DNA from: Eledone cirrhosa
Lineage: Eukaryota
Direction: 5' to 3'
Length of the DNA stretch: 64,000 nt
Assembly: GCA_964016885.1 (NCBI GenBank)
Contig: OZ024743.1
Location: 284,580,001-284,644,000 of the forward strand
Below the pieces are notes generated by a model. That model was not told the origin of the DNA. It saw only the letters and a program-made list of their open reading frames with translations, and did no database searches. The first letter of the stretch is position 1. Each line of letters starts with the position of its first letter. Of this stretch, positions 58,381 to 64,000 are shown piece after piece. The translations under genes and the position numbers were made by a program.

Positions 58381-58718
58381 GGAGGCACATGGCTTAGTGG
58401 TTAGAGCATTGGCCTTGCAATCAAAAGATTGTGAGTTCAATTCTCAGACCAGGCGATGTGTTGTTTCCTTGAGCAAGACACTATTTCACATTGCTCCAGT
58501 TTACTCAGGTGTAGAAATGAGATGATAGGGACTGGGGTCCATATCATTCCACTGTAAAGTGGATGTGTAGGTGCCACGGCAAAAAAGCACCCAGCACTCA
58601 CTGTAAATGAGGTTGGTGTTAGGAAGGGCATCCAGCTGTAGAAATCAAGCCAGAATCAGTTCCCGTCCCACCCTTGCAAGCAGGGAAAAAGCAGACGTAA
58701 AATGAAATGATGATGATG
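58381..58718 (+). mobile_element. tRNA-derived SINE with RTE tail
   Basis: Collinear with 12018-12411. Confidence 0.88.
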
Positions 58719-61383
58719 TGGAATTTGTTTTCTTCTGGCTCTTTTGTTCTGACTTCAAATCCTACTGTGGCTCATTTAAGTGGTAGATTTAATATTTTGC
58801 CTGGTTTAATACATGACCTGACCCACAAGCATTCAGGTCATGCTTCCAGATTGAAGATACCTTCTTCCTTCTTTTTCACCAGTTTTGCAGGCTCTTAAAA
58901 AGGGTCATAGGCCCTACCTCCTCCTGCTGACTAAGCCAATAAAAAAAATACAAAACAAAAAACTTTCATGTCTATTGTTTCAATTTACATTTTAGAAGCC
59001 CTTAAAAATACGGAACTCATTTCACATTGATAACAAACTGTTTTGTTGCACAAACATTTTGTTATTTCAATTTTTAACTAGTGCTTATCAAATGTATAAA
59101 TCAGTCTAGCTTAATGTGTGAGTGAAGTATTTTAAATGATTTGCCAAGTTAAACATCAAGTTAGTTCTATAATTACATGGCAAATAATATTTGGAGAGCA
59201 TTTCCCTTACTCTTAGTTTATCATGGAAGAAGAAATAATTGATAAAGAATGCTTGAATTGTTAAGAATGTTCTTATTTTATGCTTGCATATCCGAGGATG
59301 GTAACTATTCACTAGCATTAGTTGTTTTTCAGTTTATCAAAAAATATAAATCAGCAGCTGTTCAACAAGGAAACAGTAGTAATGGACTCTTGGTATTTTA
59401 AAATTTTCCAGTGATCTATTTTGGTGTTGACTGAAGAAGATGTATTTCATTTTCTGGAACTTTTACAATTTCTTTTCCAGAAAAAGCTGTTTTCTGTTAA
59501 TTTCTTCTTAGATCTTTCTGGAAGACTTAATTTCCCTACATAAAATATTTCTCACATAAAATGTTTACTTGAATTATAATTGGCAAAGTTGTTAGAGCGT
59601 AGGATAAAATACATGGTGGTATTTGTGTCTGCTCTCTTTGCACAGAGTTAAAATCCCACTGAGGTTAACTTTGCCTTTTGTCCTTTCAGGATCAATAAAA
59701 TAAAGTAGCAGTTTAGGGCAGTGGATTGGTGAAATTGTTAGAACATTGGTCAAGATGCTTTGTGGTATTTGTTCCAGCTTTTTACATTCTAAGTTCAAAT
59801 TCTGTTGTGGCCTACCTAAGTGGTAGTTTTACATCACAATTTGGCCTTTAGATGCCTTTTGCAGAATCTATTCAGTTGCAAGTATTTGGGTCAGGTTTTG
59901 GGTTTGAAGATACTTTCCTCTTTCCCTTTTCACCATTCTTGGAGGCCCTGAAAAGAATTGTGGACATTGCACTTTGAAAAAATTAAAATTTATATGCTGT
60001 AATTTTAGCCATCAAAAACAGAGATTTCCTTTGGAAGATATTTGACTGTACCATATTTACAACTTCATATTCACTTGTTATATTTGATTTTGACTGGATT
60101 GAATAAATTCTTTCTTGGCATGAAAGCATTGTGTCTGATAAAGAATAAATAGATGCCAGATTCTTCAAACATACACACATATACCCTGTAACTGTTATAT
60201 TGTTAACCCAGAGTAAAATATTTAAATCTACTTGCCTAAAACTTTGTACCTATGAACAAAATTATTAGCTAAAAGTTTCAAAATGTTTCTTTCAATTGAA
60301 TTAAATATTTAAAAAAGTTTTTCATTTTACCTTCATTTATTTAAAACTGTTATTGCTATAATAAAAACAGAAACGCTTTAATCCTTTAGCATTTACATTA
60401 CTCTATTTTTACTATTGTATTTTTGCAGTAAAGGCTTTATTTGACATAATAATCTCACATAATATCGAATCTATGAGCTTTTGATATTATTTATTTTGGG
60501 AACAATAATTACGAGCAGTCAGTTTGAACAGAAAGAGGTGAGAGAATTCTGGCTGGATACAGCCAGTTTAAATGCTAAAGGGTTAATATCCCAAATAAAA
60601 TATGATTGTTTTGGAACTTATGGAGGTAGCCAGTTAAATACTTGAAAACAAAGCATAAGTTTTGTTCCCTGTCTATACATATAGATAAGATATGTGGTTG
60701 GTCTTATTGTTTGATTCAAACTTGATCAGTGTTGTTTGGGTTTTTTCTTTCTTTCCATTTCTTTTTTATGATTGTGTCTTTTTTATGAAAATGTCTAAAC
60801 ATTGAGGATATGTGCTTTCTATTTTAAAGACAAATTAGAGAGGAAAAATTAAGTAGTTGTAGTAGTAGTAGTGAATGCATGTATCCTTATGGTTAGAAAG
60901 TTGGTCTCACAATTGTAAGGTTCATTGCCCAGATCATATCCATTGTGTTCTTGAGCAAGGCACTTCATTTCATGTAGTTTGAGTCCCAGCAACAGCAGCT
61001 GTAGGCAGGGAATTAAGCTTGCAATGACATTAAAAATGGAAAAAAGAGGGTAGGGGGCGTTTCGTGATTTTGAGGGGCGTTTAGCCAAAATGGGTTGAGA
61101 ACTTGTGCTCTAGCCTGATGAGTCTCTAGGATTAGGAAACACTTTTTAAATTCTCACATTGGTATAATTTATGGAAGAGCATATATTTTATCAAATTAGT
61201 CTCAACTCATGGCTGGTATTTTATCGACACTTAAGAGTAAAAACAAACATTATTCTGAGAAGATTTGATCTTAGAACATGAAAGGATGAAACTAAATGCT
61301 ATATGACATTTAGTTCAGCATTCTACTGTTTCTGTTACACTATTTAGCCTCACATAACGAAATAGTAATGATTTCTTATACTC

Positions 61384-61776
61384 CCACTGATTTTAGTGGG
61401 AAATAATTTTTTCTATTCAATTTTTTTCTGTGTGCTATCAATTAAACTTACATCCTTATATGATGCAAATGACTTTTTTTTTCCAGGAAAAAAAAAGGGG
61501 GGGGGGGCTTTGAACTCCCCCACCCCTTCTCTGAATTTTCCATATGCTACCAACTAATTTTACTTCTGAACATGCTGCAAAGGACTTTTTTTTTCAGAAA
61601 ATGGAGGGGGACTCTTGAACTTTCCCTTCCCTCTCCCCTGGGGTTAGGGTTAAGATTGGGGTTGGGGTTAAGGTTATGGATGAACTTAGGGTTGAGGAAA
61701 ATATCAAAGGTTAAGTTTAATTGATAGCACACAAAAAAGCCAAGGAAAAACAATTATTTTCCACTGAAATCAGTGG
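61384..61776. mobile_element. MITE-like element with ~24 bp terminal inverted repeats
   Basis: ccactgattttagtgggaaataatt versus aattattttccactgaaatcagtgg; no clear TSD. Confidence 0.55.
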
Positions 61777-64000
61777 CATGTCATTTTATAAATTTACCAA
61801 TATTTGTAGGGTAGATGTATAAGATATGTGGAAAAAACTAGGGTTGCACCAGTTAATTGACAGATAGTCAGTATAGGTCATTTTGACCATTCTAATGATT
61901 AATCAATATGATTTTTTGCTGATTTATCAGTTTTGATAATCAGCCATTATTGTTTTGAAGCAAGAAAACCATGGGTGATAGAGGAATCCAGAAAAATCCA
62001 TTGAATTCAACAAGTAGAAATACATGTTTCCTAGGACACACAATTTAAAATCACCAGTATTATATAGTTATGTTCCTAGTGCTTCAATGCACTGGACTAT
62101 AAAATTAGAAATTACTTGGAACTGCCCAAGGGTCATAACATCATGTAAGATGAAGAGTATCAAAGTAGAATAGAGACCATCTTACCCATTTGAGAGAATG
62201 TGTTTAATTCATATTTTAAAAAGCAAAGCAATTGATTAAAAATTATAAAGATTCCAATTACATGTTTATTTAAAAGTATTCAAAAATTTTGCAGTAAAAA
62301 TGGTTTCTGATTTAGGCACAAGACCAACAATTTGGCTGGAGAGGAAAGTTGATTAAATTGACCTCAGTGTATTACTGGTACTTTTCCTGTTAGCTTAACT
62401 TACTCAAACATAAAATAAAATTTAATGATCAAATTTAAGAATTTGTAAATTATAATCTAAAAACATACAAATTTTCAGAGCATAGCCAGTTTCTTGCAGG
62501 TTCATATATGTTACTTCCTGTGGTGCTCTCAAATAGTAGCTCCATAATTGTGATTATGAAATATAATATATTACTTACAATTAATTATAATATGCATATC
62601 ACAATACATAATACATATTAGATAATAGGTGGCCAATTAATCGGTATCGGTTGATAAGACAAGGTGGATTAATTGGTAATCAACAAATTTGCTTATTGGG
62701 CATCACTGGAGAAAAATAACCTAATATATTTCTGATGCTTATTTCATTGATCCCAGAGAAATAAATTGACTTTAAAGGCTTTGAACTTGTGATGTAAACT
62801 AAATGCCACAAACAATCATCATCATCATCATCATTTAGTTTTATGTGGATCCTTCCATCCACTGCCCTAAGTCTCTTTCTTCTCTTCTTCTTGAGTCATC
62901 CCTCTATTGAAAGTGAAGCATGCACAAAGTTCTTGTTCCAGACTCCCTGATCTCTTACTGCAGCAAGATCCCATCAAGTGAGAACAGTGTCCCTTACCAA
63001 CAGAATCCTGATGGTTATGTTTGGATGTCCTACTTGGCACTTTGCATTTGGTGGCCAGAGAAGCAGTTTCCCTGCAAGTTCATCATAGCAGGAAACATGA
63101 CCAGCAAGAGCCAAGTGATGGGATTGAACTTTCAATGAAACTCATAGCATATCACCATAAAGAACTTTGTTGGTAGTGTAACTTTGCCATGAAATGTTGA
63201 ACTTAGTGTAGGAACCATCAACTTGAGCGAACAACACAGAGTTCTGAACCATATAGTAAGGTGGTTTTTGACTATAGCTTTGAAGACTTTGCACTTCATA
63301 AATCTTGGCAGAGTCATTAGAACATGGGATTGAATGCTTTATGGTATTCATTCCAGCTCTCTGTTCTCGGAGTTCCAATCCCACCGAGGACAACTTTACC
63401 TTTCATCCTTTCAAGGTCAATAAAAAAAAAAAGTACCAGTCTAGTACTGGGGTCGATTCTTCCTCTAATATATCTTTCTCACTTCCATTTTCTCACTTTC
63501 TATCTTTCTCTGGAAGAAATCTACTGTACTCAGGCTTGGAGACGGATGGGCTCCGCCAGGCTTCAAATACCCAGGAAACACTGTATATCACTATGGCACC
63601 CCTACAACTCTATCAGGAGTTACATACAAATCTTGGGATGGGAGCTTTCTATACTTTTTGTAGTGAAGTCTGCCCTAAATAAAAAAACATTATTAATAGT
63701 CATATTTTTTAATGATAATAATAATGATTTAGTTTTTAGGCATATGGCCAATTTTGTAAGGGGAGTAAGTGTAGTTGGATATTTCAAACCTAGTATCCTA
63801 CTTTATTGACTGATGAGATGAAAGGCAAAATTATCCTCTGTGGGATTTTTAACTACAGATTGAGGGAACTGAAAATAAACACTGCTGTCGATTTATTTAG
63901 TTTGGTACCTGTCTTCATCTTCATCTTTTTTTAATACTTAGAAGTAGGAGAAAAGTGGAGTGGAGATATGAGGAAAGAGGAAGAATAGAATAGAAAAGAG

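Noticed and set aside
59431-59460. ctgaaga followed by a short hairpin
   Set aside because: Not followed by GAAA.
61113-61142. ctgatgag..gaaac hammerhead-like string
   Set aside because: No convincing stem II, stem I or cleavage triplet.
61640-61695. Interstitial telomere
   Set aside because: Only a few degenerate units, inside a MITE-like element.
42611-64000. DCP1 exon 2 (expected xKTDIEGxLFVY-like)
   Set aside because: Not found by eye; the acceptor-like sites near 49880, 51183 and 52255 do not give the motif.

Overview
AT-rich animal genomic DNA; the repeat types suggest a cephalopod such as octopus, but that is inference. Positions 1-41.4 kb are a (TA)n microsatellite field. It is packed with 5'-truncated RTE LINEs (three subfamilies with (GAT)n tails), Penelope-like elements (PLE), CR1/L2-group and CRE-like fragments, and tRNA-derived SINEs. 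The first coding exon of DCP1 lies at 42335-42610, followed by a >21 kb intron containing only old repeats. The main signal is not protein-coding: about 16 type I hammerhead ribozyme (HHR) motifs from roughly nine different sequence contexts lie between 11 and 36 kb. Two of these contexts are tandem arrays of hairpin-rich non-coding units (310 bp and about 445-450 bp, one minimal HHR per unit), i.e. non-LTR retrozyme-like elements. Each array is two multimeric blocks joined head-to-head, with both RNA 3' ends running into (TA)n. The same head-to-head fold-back geometry recurs in unrelated elements, which suggests double-ended priming at the self-complementary (TA)n target. All structures were read by eye; no folding or database search was run.
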